A stretch of DNA of 64,000 bases from Squalus acanthias (GCA_030390025.1 JASTWF010000362.1:248001-312000), one strand, 5' to 3'. Positions 42,031 through 54,230 are shown, counted from the first letter of the stretch. Numbers and translations are program-made. The notes: a model not told the origin generated them from the letters alone.

Positions 42031-42582
42031 AGAAGGCTGTCTCATTCGCCCACTTACTGCTTTTCGCAGCCTCCATCTTTTCCCACTCACCATCATCTTG
42101 GTGCTCCCCCACCTACATCCCACGCTTTGCTCGAGTGCACCCAGGCCAGCTCCACACACAAATTGCTCACCCTAAGCTTTTCGAGCACACCGCAGTACTA
42201 GGGCATGCCCACGATACAGGAGTCCGTGCTCGATCAGATTCTATCACCTGCGGTGCTGCTCTTGCAGATCAGTTGATTCTACAAACATCACCTTTTTATT
42301 GGTGGGGTGTTTAAAGCTGCTCCACTGCAGAAGCCATTTCAATGTCCCCCGTCCGTCACAGGAACCAGAACCCGGCACGCCTGCTCAATAGCAATTCCAT
42401 CTCACTTGGCAAACAATCCACAACAGCAGGACCACACCTCATGGCGTGTTCAGGGAGTAGTTATACCGCACCGAATGAACCAACAGTGCTCACTCCAGAG
42501 TTGTCTTTAGACTAGGCTAAAATCCATCCTCACTTCCTACTTTCCAAATCGCTCCGGGGAGTCTGCTGATGTTTATTGTCAT

Positions 42583-43015
42583 GTCAGCCGTGGCTCAGTG
42601 GGTAGCACTCGTCTCTGAGTCAGAAGGCTGTGGGTTCAAGTCCCACTCCAGAGACTTGAGCACAAAAATCTAGGCTGACACTCCCAGTGCAGTACTGAGG
42701 GAGTGCTGCACTGTCCGAGGTGCCGTCTTTTGGATGAGATGTTAAACCGAGGCCCCGTCTGCTCTCTCAGGTGAATGTAAAAGATCTCGCGGCACTATTT
42801 CGAAGAGCAGGGGAGTGCTCCCCGGTGTCCTGGGCCAATATTTATCCCTCAACCAACATCGCACTGCTGTTTGTGGGAGCTTGCTGTGCACAAATTGGCT
42901 GCCGCGTTTCCTACATTACAACAGTGACTACACTTCAAAAGTACTTCATTGGCTGCAAAGCGCTTTGAGACGTCCTGAAGTTGTGAACGATGCTATAGAA
43001 ATGCAAGTCTTTCTT
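42583..43015 (+). mobile_element. Deu-domain SINE
   Basis: Near full-length copy; degenerate copies at about 43400-43540 (-) and 44505-44760 (+). Confidence 0.88.
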
Positions 43016-45094
43016 TTATATATGCGCAATGTTGTCCCGGCGCTCAGAGCGGCTGTACACTCGACGAGTAAAGATATTTCATTCATTCCACCAAGAGTAA
43101 CAGCCAATCACTTCACCGTTTTCCCCCGCACTGAGTTTCCCATGTTTCCTGCCTCGATGGCAACGTTTCAGCCTTGCTCTCGCCGCCCTGTGGACCTCTG
43201 AACCCGGAGTATGGGAACGATTCTACGCGGCGGTCTGGGACCTGCAGTTTGAGTGCGAACGCACCAGCTCCCTTGGAGTGTCAATTTAGCGGTTCCGGCG
43301 CGGGCTGTTCGGGAGCCGTTGGCGTCGAGCAGTTTGCACGCCAACCCTCGCGCCACGGTGCAAAGACACCATCAGAAACGGCACAAACCACTTCACAATG
43401 GGTTACTGTGAAACGTAGCATGGCGCACGGCAAGATCCCACAAACAGCAACACGGTGAACGACCAGTTAATCGGCTTTTTGGTGACGCTGATCGAGGGGG
43501 AAATGTTGTCTGAAGCAGAAAACTTCTTGATCTTCTCCAAATGGCGTCATCTTCATGAGGGCAGGTTGCACAGACTGGGCTTGTATTCCCTCGAGTGAAG
43601 ATGATTAAGGGGTGATTTAATTGAGGTGTTTAAGGTGATTGAAGGCATTGAAAGGGTAGAGAGAAACTATTTCCTCTGTGGGTGGGGGGGGGGGGGGGGG
43701 GGGGTGGAGTCCAGAACAAGGGGGCATAACCTTAAAGTTAGAGCCAGGCCGTTGAGGGGTGATGTCAGGAAGCATTTCTTCACACAAAGGGCAGTGGAAA
43801 TCTGGAAAACTCTCCCCCAAAAAGCTGTTGAGTTTGGGGGTCAGTTGATCATTTTAAAACTGAGATCGATAGATTTTTATTGGGTGAGGGTATTAAGGTT
43901 TATGGAACCAAGACGGGTAGATGGAGTTAAGATACAGATCAGCCATGATCTCATGGAATGGCCTCCTCCTGTTCCGGGCCAGGCAGGAGCTCAGTGTTGG
44001 GCCTCAGCGCAAGAGTTCCGCTCACTGAGCCGGGCATCACGCACACGCCCGGGCATCCCGTTCCCGTGACAACAGAGGCAAGCAGGTCCCTCTGATGTTC
44101 TTGGGTTCATTTCACCCAAATCTTAGAAATTTATTTGCTTAAAGCAAACGAAGACCTTTCCCAAGGCTTGTTCCCCGGCTGAAGCTCTGACACCCCTCAA
44201 TATGAAGGCAGGGATCTCAGCATAGACGTTCCCGCACTCGCCTGACCAGGGTCGACAGGTACCAGACTGTGTAACGGCACATTCACCCAACAAGAGGAAG
44301 CAGCTCCAGATGAGAGATCAGAATCCTCAAGAGCTTAACTCTCACCATCACCCAGGGTCCAGCGCAGAATTACTGCCTGCAGCCTCTGCCCAGGCTCCGA
44401 GGCTGCCCGTGCCTTGGGGGCAACAGGCATTTGCGAGTCAGTGTGGTTAAACAGACTTTGAGTCCGGCAAATGGCTCCAGGAAAGCTGGAGCGATATCCA
44501 GCAAGTCCCATCTCCGAGTCAGAGGGCCGACGTTTCAATCCCGACTCAAGGATTTAAGTCCACAGTCCAGGCTGAAACTCCGGTGCCAGTACCGAGGGAG
44601 GGCTGCGCTGTCAGAGGTGCCATCGTTCGGATGAGAGGTTAAACCGGGGCCAGTCTGCCTACTCCAGCCGTGCTGTTTAAGATCCAGTGACGCTATTCCA
44701 AGAGCAGGGAACTCTCTGTGTTTTGTGCAGCTGTCTCCCCTCACTATCAGCAATAACAGATGAAGTGATCACACACACTGGTGCTTTTTCCTGTCTGAGC
44801 TAGGATGAAGATGCGAATTACACAGATAAAGGAAGACATATCAGAGTAACAACAGCAACCGAGTGGAATCAGGCTAAAGAACTGCAGCAGGAGCACACAA
44901 CAATTACTGTACCACTAGATTTGTTCCCATTCTGCTCCCAACCAACTACTGGGAAATAAGACAATACCTCCCTCAGTGACAAGAGAATCTAGACGTGAAA
45001 TCCGTTGTAACCGGCTTTCTGTACTACTCTTAAAGGTAGCGTTAAGTATCCAACAGAATTTGAGCACCCAAGCCCACAATTCAGACGTCAAACG

Positions 45095-45346
45095 GCAAAC
45101 CAGGAGCCCCGGGTCGATCGCAAACCAGGCGCCCCGGGCCCATCGCAAACCAGGCGCCCCGGGCCCATCGCAAACCAGGCGCCCCGGGCCCATCGCAAAC
45201 CAGGCGCCCCGGGCCCATCGCAAACCAGGCGCCCCGGGTCGATCGCAAACCAGGAGCCCCGGGTCGATCGCAAACCAGGCGCCCCGGGCCCATCGCAAAC
45301 CAGGAGCCCCGGGCCCATCGCAAACCAGGAGCCCCGGGTCGATTGC
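45095..45346. repeat. 25-bp minisatellite (about 10 units)
   Basis: Unit cgcaaaccaggcgccccgggcccat, with a ...gggtcgat variant. Confidence 0.95.
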
Positions 45347-45359
45347 AGATTGTGTATAG

Positions 45360-45702
45360 GGGCCAGGAAGGTCCCTCGCCCCCAAACTCCAACAAACGGT
45401 TCGTCTGTGGAGAAGGTGACCCCCCCCAACCCCGATACCGGAGGCGGCGACGAGCGGCTTTGAGTCCCGGTTCACAGTCCATGAGCTTGGGACGGCCCGT
45501 TCTCCGATCGATCCTCGGACTAAGAAGCAAGAGGGCGGAGACCCCCAAGAACAGCCCCCCTCGCCGGGTTAAAGGTCACAATCCCAGGACTAATGGGAAT
45601 CACAATGGACCAACCGGGGGGGAGGTCAACACACAAACAGCCCCCCCACTATATGGAGGCGGATTCAGCAAAACACCAGGCAGGGTGGTGGGGGGTGAGG
45701 GG
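45360..45702 (-). promoter_or_regulatory. CpG/GC-rich segment, possibly the edge of the PRRC2B promoter island or first intron
   Basis: Locally CpG-rich unique sequence upstream of PRRC2B, ending at the gap; no first exon identified. Confidence 0.3.
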
Positions 45703-45902
45703 NNNNNNNNNNNNNNNNNNNNNNNNNNNNNNNNNNNNNNNNNNNNNNNNNNNNNNNNNNNNNNNNNNNNNNNNNNNNNNNNNNNNNNNNNNNNNNNNNN
45801 NNNNNNNNNNNNNNNNNNNNNNNNNNNNNNNNNNNNNNNNNNNNNNNNNNNNNNNNNNNNNNNNNNNNNNNNNNNNNNNNNNNNNNNNNNNNNNNNNNNN
45901 NN
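45703..45902. other. Assembly gap (200 N)
   Basis: Run of 200 n, a round placeholder length. Confidence 1.
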
Positions 45903-45974
45903 CTGGCATCGAGGGGAGATCGTGTGACAAATGCCAGCGGGGCTACTTTGACCTCTCTGAGAGGGGCTGTCGAG
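45903..45974 (+). CDS. LAMC3: Laminin gamma-3 exon, LE repeat, truncated by the gap
   Basis: GIEGRSCDKCQRGYFDLSERGCR, laminin EGF cysteine pattern; donor G|GTACT, phase 1. Confidence 0.85.
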
Positions 45975-46147
45975 GTACTGAGTCAAACCGCTATCTGTTC
46001 GGCCCGCGACGTGCTTTATTTAATCTGCTGCCGGTCACGAGGATACACCCTCCGCTCGAGCGGCCGTTCTTCATCGCCGAGCCGAGACGGAGAGAGTTCT
46101 TGGGCTGCTCCGCTGTGTAGGGCGTCGCACCAAATTACCACAAAGAA

Positions 46148-46550
46148 TTATAGAAATTTGCAGAACAGAAGGCGGCCATTCGGCCCATTGTGTCTGTGCC
46201 GGCTGAAAAAGAGCCTGATCCCACTGTCCAGCTCTTGAAGTGCTGTAACCCGCAAGGCTACACATTAAGCGCATATGCAAGTACTTTTTAAATGCAATGA
46301 GGGTTTCTGCCTCTACCACCCTTTCAGGCAGTGAGTTCCAGACCCCCACCACCCCCTGGGTGAAAAATGTTCTCCTCAACTCCCCTCTAATCCTTCTACC
46401 AATTACTGTAAATCTATGCCCCCTGGTTATTGACCTCTCTGCTAAGGGAAATAGGTCGTTCCTATCCACTCGATCTCGGCCCCTCATAGTGGCGTAGCTA
46501 GTGTTTTATACAGTTCAAGCATAACCTCCCTGCTCTTAATTTCCGTGCCT
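46148..46550 (-). mobile_element. CR1 LINE 3' fragment
   Basis: TRGHRF..FFTQ.VV.VWNSLP motif. Confidence 0.85.
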
Positions 46551-46971
46551 CGTCCAGACTCATGGGATCGCGGGATAGTGGTCGGGGGGCCGGGGACTCC
46601 GGCTGGTTTCATTGGCCGGGAGTCGGAGGCAGGCGGAGGTCAGGAAACTCGGCACAGGCCGGGAATCAAACCTGGGATCGTCCAGCAGGCCCGGTGCTTG
46701 GACTGAGCTGGAAACTGTGTTGGTGGGGCGGGGGTGTAGGGGCGGTGGAGAGGTGGGGTGGGAGCGGTGGAGAGGTGGGGTGGGAGCGGTGGAGAGGTGG
46801 GGTGTGCGGGGGGGCACTGCGGGATCGATCTCTCTTGGGCCTGGGCGACTGTTTTGCGCAGAGACCTCGCCTCCCCCGCAGGTGCAGACAGCGATTTTTT
46901 TACAAGTCAGCTTTGAATGGAATCTTGCGCCCACTAAACCCCTCCCTTGTTTCCGATCTGCCGCCACACAG

Positions 46972-47150
46972 CCTGTGACTGCTCACCGCTGGGCTCCTCA
47001 CTGATGCAGTGCCGGGACGACGGGTCCTGCGTCTGTAAGACGGGCTTCGTGGGCCGAAGGTGCGAACAATGCCAGGACAACTATTTCTACGAGGCCGCCA
47101 CCTTCCACTGCCAGCAGTGTCCGATCTGCTACGGTCTGGTCCAAGACGAG
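46972..47150 (+). CDS. LAMC3: Laminin gamma-3 exon, last LE repeat into coiled coil
   Basis: ACDCSPLGSSLMQCRDDGSCVCKTGFVGRRCEQCQDNYFYEAATFHCQQCPICYGLVQDE; the CQQCPxCY.LV..E motif is typical of laminin gamma chains; phases 1/0. Confidence 0.9.
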
Positions 47151-48049
47151 GTGAGGAACTTCCCGTCTACTCGAGCGGTAACCAGCCGCCAAACAAAAAT
47201 ACCCCGAAAAACAACAACTGCTGCAGCCCATTAATGGGCTCTTGGCCGATCGACGCCTTTGAACCCCGAGATTTTTCCTACGCCCGTTAACTGGCTGCGG
47301 ATCCTATTTTTTTATGTGATGTGCACGGTGAGTTGGACTTGGGACCCCCCTCATTCACTCCGGGCGAGAGTCATTGCAGCAGGAAACAGGCCCAGGCTGT
47401 TGTAAACGACATTCACAGAAATACTGAAGCCACAAGAGCAGGTCAGAGACTAGGTATTCTGCGGCGAGTGTCTCACCTCCTGACTCCCCAAAGCCTTTCC
47501 ACCATCTACAAGGCACAAGTAAGGAGTGTGATGGAATACTCTGCTTGCCTGGATGAGTGCAGCTCCAACAACACTCAAGAAACTCGACACCATCCAGGAC
47601 AAAGCAGCCTGCTTGATTGGCACCCCATCCACCACCTTAAACATTCACTCCCTCCACCACCAGCGTACCGTGGCTGCAGTGTGTATCATCTACAAGATGC
47701 ACTGCAGCAACTCGCCAAGTCTTCTTCGGCAGCACCTCCCAAATCCGCGACCTCTTCCACCTGGAAGGACAAGGGCAGCAGGCGCATGGGAACACCATTA
47801 CCGCCAAGTTCCCCTCCAAGTCACACACCATCCTGACTTGGAAATATATCGGCCGTTCCTTCATTGTCGCTGGGTCAAAATCCTGGAACTCCCTCCTTAA
47901 CAGCACTGTGGGAGCACCTTCACCACACGGACTGCAGCGGTTCAAGAAGGCAGCTCACCACCACCTTCTCAAGGGGCAATTAGGGATGGGCAATAAATGC
48001 TGGCCTTGCCAGCGACGCCCACAGCCCTGGAACGAATAAAAAAAAACTC

Positions 48050-48520
48050 AGCTCATCCGCTGCTGAAACCCTCATTCGTGCCTTTGTTACCTCTAGACTG
48101 GACTATTCCAACGCACTCCTGGCTGGCCTCCCACATTCCACCCTACGTAAACTTGAGGTCATCCAAAACTCTGCTGCCCCCGTGTCCTAACTCGCACCAA
48201 GTCCCGTTCACCCATCACCCCCTGTGCTCGCTGACCTACATTGGCGCCCGGTTAAGCAACATCTCAATTTTTAAAATTCTCATCCTTGTTTTCAAATCCC
48301 TCCACAGCCTCGCCCCTCCCCATCTCTGTAATCTCCTCCAGCCCCACAACCCCCCCGAGATCTCTGCGCTCCTCCAATTCTGGCCTCTTGCACATCCCCC
48401 AATTTTAATCGCTCCACCATTGGTGGCCGTGCCTTCAGCTGCCTGGGTCCTAAGCTCTGGAATTCCCTCCCTAAACCTCTCAGCCTCTCTCCTCCTTGAA
48501 GGTACTTCCTTAAAACCCAC
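48050..48520 (+). mobile_element. L2 LINE 3' fragment
   Basis: SRLDYSNALLAG and FKIL.LVFKSL motifs; other L2 pieces at 783-1100, 7830-8200 (-), 50980-51365 and 59570-59830 (-). Confidence 0.8.
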
Positions 48521-48830
48521 CTCTTGGTGGGACGTTTGTCTCCAGTTCAGTGGCCTGCCTGAGGTCCGGACCACAGCCCACGGAGGGACCAGGGGTCCTG
48601 GGCGTGTCGAGGTTTTGCTGCTGTTCTTCTGCCTGTCAGGACGGACCGCTGGTGGGAGTCGTGCAGCTCCGCTCTGCCCCTCCCAAGGATATGGGTGGAG
48701 ACGGAATTTACTCTGGGGATGCGGGCCCGTGTTCGTGCATGGCCCGGTCTTGTGTTTAATGGGAGACTGACGGGGGGCTGTGGTTTCCTCTTGCCCTGGA
48801 TCCTGGCACTCACGCTCTGTTATTTCTCAG

Positions 48831-48969
48831 GTGGAGCGACTCAAGCAGAGGATGAACGAGCTGGAGGAGGAACTGGACAATTTCACCAGGCACCCCGAGC
48901 AATGGTATCGGCTCTACACCAATCACCTGCAGTCAGCTGTCAAAGACATGGAGGCCCGGTCCGGTCAGG
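48831..48969 (+). CDS. LAMC3: Laminin gamma-3 coiled-coil exon
   Basis: VERLKQRMNELEEELDNF...KDMEARSGQ; tttctcag / G|GTGAGT; phases 0/1. Confidence 0.85.
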
Positions 48970-49396
48970 GTGAGTGTGGCCCGGTCAGTGAGTGTGGCCC
49001 GGTCAGTGAGTGTGGCCCGGTCAGTGAGTGTGGCCCGGCGGGGGAGTGTGGCCCAGCGGGGGAGTGTGGCCCGGTCCGGTCAGGGTGAGTGTGGCCCGGT
49101 CCGGTCAGGGTGAGTGTGGCCCGGTCCGGTCAGGGTGAGTGTGGCCCGGTCCGGTCAGGGTGAGTGTGGCCCGGTCCGGTCAGGGTGAGTGTGGCCCGGT
49201 CCGGTCAGGGTGAGTGTGGCCCGGTCCGGTCAGGGTGAGTGTGGCCCGGTCCGGTCAGGGTGAGTGTGGCCCGGTCCGGTCAGGGTGAGTGTGGCCCGGT
49301 CCGGTCAGGGTGAGTGTGGCCCGGTCCGGTCAGGGTGAGTGTGGCCCGGTCCGGTCAGGGTGAGTGTGGCCCGGTCCGGTCAGGGTGAGTGTGGCC
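48953..49396 (+). repeat. 18/25-bp minisatellite built from a LAMC3 exon-intron junction
   Basis: Unit ggcccggtccggtcagggtgagtgt x13, preceded by five 18-bp variants. Confidence 0.97.
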
Positions 49397-49534
49397 TAGT
49401 CAGCCCATCCACCGCCTTAAACATTCACTCCCCCCACCACCGGCGTACCGTGGCTGCAGTGTGTACCATCTACAAGATGCACTGCAGCAACTCGCCAAGG
49501 CTTCTTCGGCAGCACCTCCCAACCCCGCGACCTC

Positions 49535-50712
49535 ATAGAATCATAGAAAGTTACAGCGCGGAAGGAGGCCATTTCGGCCCATCGTGTCCGCGCCGGCCAA
49601 CAAAGAGCTATCCAGCCTAATCCCACTTCCCAGCTCTAGGTCCGTAGCCCTGCAGGTTAGAGCATCCCAAGTGCACATCGAAGTACTTTTTAAATGTGAT
49701 GAGGGTTCCTGCCTCTACCACCCTTTCAGGCAGTGAGTTCCAGACCCCCACAACCCTCTGGGTGAAGAAATTTCCCCTCAAAACCCCTCTAAACCTTCCA
49801 CCAATTACTTTAAATCTGTGCCCCCTGGTTTTTGACCCCTCTGCTAAGGGAAATAGGTCCTTTCTATCCATTTTATCTAGGCCCCTCATAATTTTATACA
49901 CCTCAATAAGGTCTCCCCTCAGCCTCCTCTGTTCCAAGGAAAACAGACCCAGCCTATCCAGGCTTTCCTCATAGCTAAGATTCGCTACTCCCGGCAACAT
50001 CCTTGTAAATCTCCTCTGTACCCTCTCTAGTGCAATCACATCTTTCCTGTAATGTGGTGACCAGAAGTGCACGCAGTACTCTAGCTGAGGCCTAACTTGT
50101 GTTTTGTACAGTTAAAGCATAACCCCCCTGCTCTTGTATTCTATGCCACGGCTAATAAAGGCAAGCATTCCGTATGCCTTCTTTAACCACCTTATCTACT
50201 TGGCCTGCTACCTTCAGGGATCTGTGGACATGCACTCCAAGGTCCCTTTGTTCCTCTACACTACTCAGTGTCCTACCATTTAATGTGCATTCCCTTTCCT
50301 TGTTAGCCCTCCCCAAATGCATTACCTCACACTTCTCCGGATTGAATTCCATTTGCCACTGTTCTGTCCACCTGACCAATTTATTGATATCTTCCTGCAG
50401 TCTACAGCTTCCTTCTTCAGTATCAACTACACAGCCAATTTTAGTATCATCTGCAAACTTCTTAATCATACCCCCTATATTCAAGTCTAGATCACTGATA
50501 TATACCACAAAAAGCAAGGGACCTAGTACTGAGCCCTGCGGAACCCCACTGGAAACAGCCTTCCAGTCACAAAAACACCCATCAACCATTACCCTCTGCT
50601 TCCTGTCTCCGAGCCAGTTTTGAATCCAACTTGACACTTTGCCCTGGATCCCATGGGCTTTTAACTTCGTGACCACTCTGCCATGTGGAACCTTATCAAA
50701 AGCCTTGCTAAA
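49535..50712 (-). mobile_element. CR1 LINE nested in another LINE
   Basis: RT motifs; TSD gacctc at 49529-49534 and 50713-50718. Confidence 0.92.
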
Positions 50713-51436
50713 GACCTCTTCCACCTAGAAGGACAAGGGCAGCAGGCGCATGGGAACACCACCATCTCCAAGTTCCCCTCCAAGTCACACACCATCCTGA
50801 CTTGGAAATATATCGCTGATCCTTCATCGTCGCTGGGTCAAAATCCTGGAACTCCCTCCCTAACAGCACTGTGGGAGCACCTTCACCACACGGACTGCAG
50901 CGGTTCAAGAAGGCGGCTCACCACCACCTTCTCAGGGGTAATGAGGGATGGGCAATAAATGCTGGTCTTGCCCATTCTCATTAAAATTCTCATCCTTGTC
51001 TTCAAATCCCTCCATGACCTCACCCCCTCCCTATCTCTGTAACTTCCTCCAGCCCCACAACCCTCCGAGATCTCTGCGTTCCTCCAATTCTGGCCTCTTG
51101 CGCATCCCCGATTTTAATCACTCCACCATTGGCGGCCGTGCCTTCAGCTGCCTGGGCCCCGAGCTCTGGAATTCCCTCCCTAAACCTCTCCGCCTCTCTC
51201 TCCTCCTTTATGACGCTCCTTAAAACGCTCCTCTCTCTCCAAGCTGTGGTCACCTGCCCTAATATCTCCTCGGGTGGCTCGGGGTCAAATTTTGTTTGAT
51301 AATCGCTCCTGTGAAGCACCTTGGGACATTTTACTACATTAAAGGCGCTATATAAATGCAAGAATGAACGGGGGGAGAAAGCAAGCTGCCCCGGCTGGGA
51401 GTGTTTGTATCTGAGTTGTTGCTGTGTTTGCCGCAG

Positions 51437-51639
51437 GTTCCCGGGAGCTGTTGGTGCAGCACGCGGAGGAAGTGGAGATCTCGCTGCATAGAATCGGACA
51501 GAAATTGAGCAACATCAGCCGGGGCCTGGACTGTGAGAGGAAGGAGGAGAAACGCTGCCACCTGGTGTCCGACAGCCAGCTTATCATCAGCGCCGCCCGC
51601 AGGGAGCTGCAGGCAGCCCGGGAGACCCTCGACAGTCCG
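51437..51639 (+). CDS. LAMC3: Laminin gamma-3 coiled-coil exon
   Basis: GSRELLVQHAEEVEISLHRIGQKLSNISRGLDC...RCHLVSDSQLIISAARRELQAARETLDSP; the two-Cys pattern resembles LAMC3 as recalled; phases 1/0. Confidence 0.83.
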
Positions 51640-52122
51640 GTACTGCTGATTGACCGGCCCGAGACCGAGCGGCCCGAGCCCCTCGACCGAGCGGCCCGAG
51701 ACCCGCAGGCGGGTTTGCTCACTCCCAGCCACGCCACCGCTTTCCCGATTCACAAAGCCACACCGTGTGGTTTTTTTGTTACATAGCAACATAGAAGATA
51801 GGAGCAGGAGTAGGCCATTCGGCCCCTCGAGCCTGCTCCGCCATTCAATGTGATCATGGCTGATCATCCAAACTCAGTACCCTGTACCTGCATTCTCCCC
51901 ATATCCCTTGTTATATCGTTAAAGGTTTTAAAATCGGAGTGGATTTTATTTTGTCTCTTCGGGCTGTTGTTCCAGTTTCGGTCTGCAGGCGCTGGCTGCT
52001 TCCCACGAGCTCGGCCCAAGTGGCCGCTCTTCCTGCGCGAGTCCGGACAGGGTGTTTGGCTACAGGAGGCATCGCAGTCAACCCTGATGCTCTCCGATGT
52101 GAGTGACGTGCGCACAGGCTCT

Positions 52123-52402
52123 CACACACTCATACACACCCAGGCTCGCTCGCTCACTCACTCACGTACAGACACTCACGCTAACATACTCATACACACT
52201 CACACACACACTCACACTCACACTCTCTCTCACTCACACTCACACTCACACTCACACTCACACTCACACTCACACACACCCAGGCTCGCTCGCTCACTCA
52301 CTCACGTACAGACACTCACGCTAACATACTCATACACACTCACGCGCTCACGCACACACACACACTCACGTACAGGCGCGTACTCACACTCACGCAAACA
52401 CA
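52123..52402. repeat. (CA)/(CACACT) compound microsatellite
   Basis: Visible simple repeat with an internal duplication. Confidence 0.9.
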
Positions 52403-52801
52403 CTGGATAGTGAGCAGGATGAGGATCCTTGCCAGCTTTGTAACCTCCTTTCCCCGGGGTTCTGAGGACTTTGTATCTCCGCTACTGCTGCCCTGAATCT
52501 ATTTTGTTAACCCGGCACAGACTGGGGATTACAGGCAATAATTCCCCCTCCCTGCACCGAGTCACCGTGTCCCTGTGCTGTTTCATTGTTTTGATATATA
52601 ATATAATATCGATCTTTGAAGAGTGTCAGACCGGCGGGTTCGTGGCCCTCTGGTCTGTGATTGAAGGTTTGAGGGGGTCCCACTGGGTGACCATCAGCGG
52701 GAGATTAAATCTGCCCCTCCAGTCCTGCCCAGCAGCATCTCTGGCACTGACGGGGCAGGTAAGGTATTACAGTGCTGTGATATTTGTTTCTGGTTAAGCA
52801 G

Positions 52802-52887
52802 ATACCATGGCTGATTCGTGGCTCTCCCGGTGACGAATCCCGGAACTGGACTGAGCTGGCCGAGGAGTCCCGCACTCTCGCAGAAAG
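52802..52887 (+). CDS. LAMC3: Laminin gamma-3 coiled-coil exon
   Basis: IPWLIRGSPGDESRNWTELAEESRTLAE (W..LA.E.R.LA motif of gamma chains); AG|GTAAAC donor; phases 0/2. Absent from the ORF track. Confidence 0.85.
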
Positions 52888-53126
52888 GTAAACTCTGAGC
52901 GGAATGAGCCCGAGGTTTGGTTCTGTCTGAGCTCCTGCTCCCCGGAACAGGTTTATTACATCCATGGTTGCTGCGGTCGAACTAAAGTGCAAAGAAGAGA
53001 GTTCCAGATTTCCACTAGCCTTCATCCTTGATTCCCCCACCAGCAGAAATAGCTTTAACCCAAAATAACAACAGAGAGTGCGGGAAACGCTCAGCAGGTC
53101 AGGCAGCATCGAGGAGAGAGAAACAG

Positions 53127-53161
53127 AGTCAACGTTTCGGGTTGAACCCTTCGTCAGAACT
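53127..53161 (-). ncRNA. Minimal hammerhead ribozyme motif
   Basis: agtt-CTGACGA-a-ggg-ttcaa-ccc-GAAA-CG-TT-gact. Confidence 0.65.
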
Positions 53162-53428
53162 GTAAAAAGGTTAGGGAGGAGAGATACTTAAGCAGGGGCA
53201 GTTTTAATTTGGCCCCTGTATTTCTTTTCTCTTGTTTCCTCACATGGTAGCTGTTAATGTTGCTGGGATCATCATTGATACATCATCTAGAGCCATCTTT
53301 TGTTTCTTAACTTGTCCCATTACCTTTTGCCTTACACTATCATCCTTTTTGTCATGATGCGGAGATGCCGGTGTTGGACTGGGGTGGACAAAAGTGAGAA
53401 GTCGCACAACATCAGGTTATAGTCCAAA

Positions 53429-54160
53429 GGGTAAAAATTGAGTCGCGCCCCATTTGGGGCGCTAACCTCGCCGGGGCGCGACTTTTAGCGCCCCGAAAAA
53501 ATTAGCGGCCCCGCGCCGGAACTTCAGTGGTTGCGCCCCAAGAGGGAAGCGGGGCGCCACTGGAAGCACCCCGCATCCCTCTTGGGGCGCTGCGAGTGAA
53601 TATCCTGGCGCTACGTCGCGCCGCGGTATTGCAGGCCTTCCTCCCCTTCTTAAAGGGGAGGGACCCTGCGTAGCGCGAACCGGGGCCCAGCTGGGCCCCC
53701 AGGGATCGGGAGTGCCGGCAAAAGAGCCCGGCACTCAAGAGAAGTGCCGGGCTCTTGGAGCGCAGCCGGCACTTCGGTGGGGGGGCTTCACGGGGGCCGG
53801 GGGCAGGTGCTGGCAGGCGGCCAGCAACAAAAATGGCCGCCTGCCACCTCCCCTTTAAATATCGCCGCCCCGGCCGCACGTACGCCTCCCTGAACCCGTC
53901 GGACATAGCGTCTGGCGGTAAATCAGGGGGCGCGACTGAAGATCGCGGCTGGAGCGCGAGCGGGGTGCTGCGCACGGCGATGACGTCATCGCCGGCGGCG
54001 CAGCGCCACAGGGCGCTACCGGCTGGCGCCGCCGCTAACCTCCCGCTGAATTTTTCGGGAGGCGTGGGCGGCGCTGCGCCCGGGCGTTAGCTGCTTTACG
54101 CCCCATTAGCGCCCTCTTAAGGCGCTAACGGGAGGCGCAAGCAGCTGAATTTTTCCCCCC
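53429..54160. mobile_element. GC-rich non-autonomous TIR element
   Basis: Ends gggtaaaaattgag / ctgaatttttcccc, internal ggcgctaa/ttagcgcc repeats; cleanly splits the PLE sequence gtccaa|cagtttt. Confidence 0.7.
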
Positions 54161-54161
54161 T

Positions 54162-54230
54162 ACAGTTTTATTTGAAATCACCTGACGAAGGAGCAGCGCT
54201 CCGAAAGCTTGTGATTTCAAATAAAACTGT
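54162..54230 (+). ncRNA. Hammerhead ribozyme motif with 20-bp perfect stem I
   Basis: acagttttatttgaaatcac-CTGACGA-a-ggagc-agc-gctcc-GAAA-GC-TT-gtgatttcaaataaaactgt. Confidence 0.78.

Noticed and set aside
42583..42650. tRNA-like A/B boxes
   Set aside because: SINE heads that continue into the Deu core, not tRNA genes.
53462..54090. CpG-island-like block with ORFs
   Set aside because: Interior of a nested TIR element, not a promoter or gene.
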